Source of the DNA: Octopus sinensis
Lineage: Eukaryota
DNA length: 64,000 bases
Assembly: GCF_006345805.1 (NCBI RefSeq)
Contig: NC_043004.1
Span: forward strand, 78,616,001 to 78,680,000
Direction: 5' to 3'
Shown here: positions 63,019 through 64,000 of the stretch, one piece after another
Layout of the letters: each line of letters opens with the position of its first letter
How positions within the stretch are numbered: the first letter of the stretch is position 1
Program-made: the position numbers and the translations under genes
The notes under the pieces: model-generated
What the model was told of the DNA's origin: nothing
What the model saw: the letters and a program-made list of their open reading frames with translations, nothing else
Databases searched by the model: none

Positions 63019-63256
63019 CTTACTTTCAAAACCGGTATAAGCATATTTGGTCAATTTCATGATAACCATCAAAACACAATCTACAAGCTGCTGGCTTCAC
63101 ACACGTGAAATATTTTTCAGTCAAACTAACACATATGCCATACAGACAGGAGGCGAATCTTAAGTCTTCCAGTCAAAACCAGATATATTCAAGATGCTGA
63201 ATTTCCTTGATTACTCAAGTGTCATACCAATGCATATATCCGGTTTTGAAAGTAAG
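63019..63256. mobile_element. MITE-like element with a 17-bp perfect TIR
   Basis: CTTACTTTCAAAACCGG at 63019-63035 and CCGGTTTTGAAAGTAAG at 63240-63256; imperfect pairing extends about 15 nt further inward. Confidence 0.7.
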
Positions 63257-63897
63257 GTCTGCAAATAATGATGTGGTACATTAACAGAATTTATGAATGT
63301 ATCATCATTATCCTCAATTAATGTCCGTTTTCCATCTTGGCATTGGTTGGATGGTTTGACAGGAGCTGCACCAGACTCCACTGTCTGCTTTGGTATCCTT
63401 TCTACAGTTGGATGCTCTTCCTAACACCAACCACCCAGGAGGGTGGATTAGGTACTTTTTATGGGTCTCTAATTGTGAATGTTCCTCTCAACATCTCACA
63501 TCAAACCACCACCACCCTCTCAAATATCCTATCTCTTTGTTAAAATGGATCTTTTGTCTGCCTCAGTACTTAGATTTTTTTTTTTTAAGACTGATACTTA
63601 TTCTATCAGTCTCTTTTGCTGAAACGCTAAGTTAAAGAGACATAAACACACAAACACTGGTCGTCAGGTGGTAATGGGAGACAAACACAAAGATACACAC
63701 AGATATAGTTTTTGTCTACCAAATCCACTCACAAGACATTGGTCAGCCTGAGGCTATAGTAGAAGACACTTGCTCAAGGTGTCATGCAGTGGGTCTGAAC
63801 CCAGAACCATGTGGTTGGGAAACAAGCTTCTTACCACTTAGCCACATCTAACGATAATTACAACAATGATGAATTAAAACAGACATTTAAGAATTAC

Positions 63898-64000
63898 CTT
63901 TTATTATATCACTTGCATCGGAACTGGGCGAGCCAGCCAGAGAACCGACAACTATCATGTCTCCTTTACAAGTTGTTTTTAACTCTTTAGACTTGTTAAA
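63898..64000 (-). CDS. BSDC1: BSD-domain-containing protein 1-like, antepenultimate coding exon (partial; runs off the window)
   Basis: Open minus frame FNKSKELKTTCKGDMIVVGSLAGSPSSDASDIIK, then G|gtaatt donor. Phase 1 matches the next exon (G|AT=D). Confidence 0.72.

Overview
AT-rich, repeat-dense animal genomic DNA. The SINE, RTE-LINE and microsatellite landscape matches what I recognise from Octopus (coleoid cephalopod) genomes; this taxon call is an inference. Two spliced genes converge tail-to-tail. (1) On +, an XK-related (XKR, phospholipid-scramblase family) gene has six recognisable coding exons: 37865-38054, 41935-42125, 44609-44818, 48034-48318, 50203-50315 and 52001-56779. All junctions are GT-AG and phase-compatible, giving 1922 aa without the first exon, which I could not find. 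The last exon alone adds a 1592-aa low-complexity cytoplasmic tail. That tail carries clustered caspase-3-type sites (DEVD/S, TEVD/A, DETD/A, DSDD/S), repeated RxxSxP motifs and a polybasic end. (2) On -, the last three coding exons of a BSDC1-like gene lie at 63898-64000, 61854-62002 and 59200-59226, ending EEEWESWE*. Bases 1-37.8 kb hold no convincing host exon. The rest is tRNA-headed SINEs, 5'-truncated RTE LINEs whose 3' UTR carries a variable hairpin-unit array, piggyBac-, Tc1- and hAT-type MITEs, long fold-backs, decayed Tc1/mariner and Chapaev-like transposases, Penelope-type fragments with hammerhead-like cores, and microsatellites. There is no CRISPR array, rRNA or genuine tRNA. Nearly all short ORFs in the supplied track are repeat or microsatellite artefacts. 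Repeat boundaries are approximate; exon boundaries were checked base by base.
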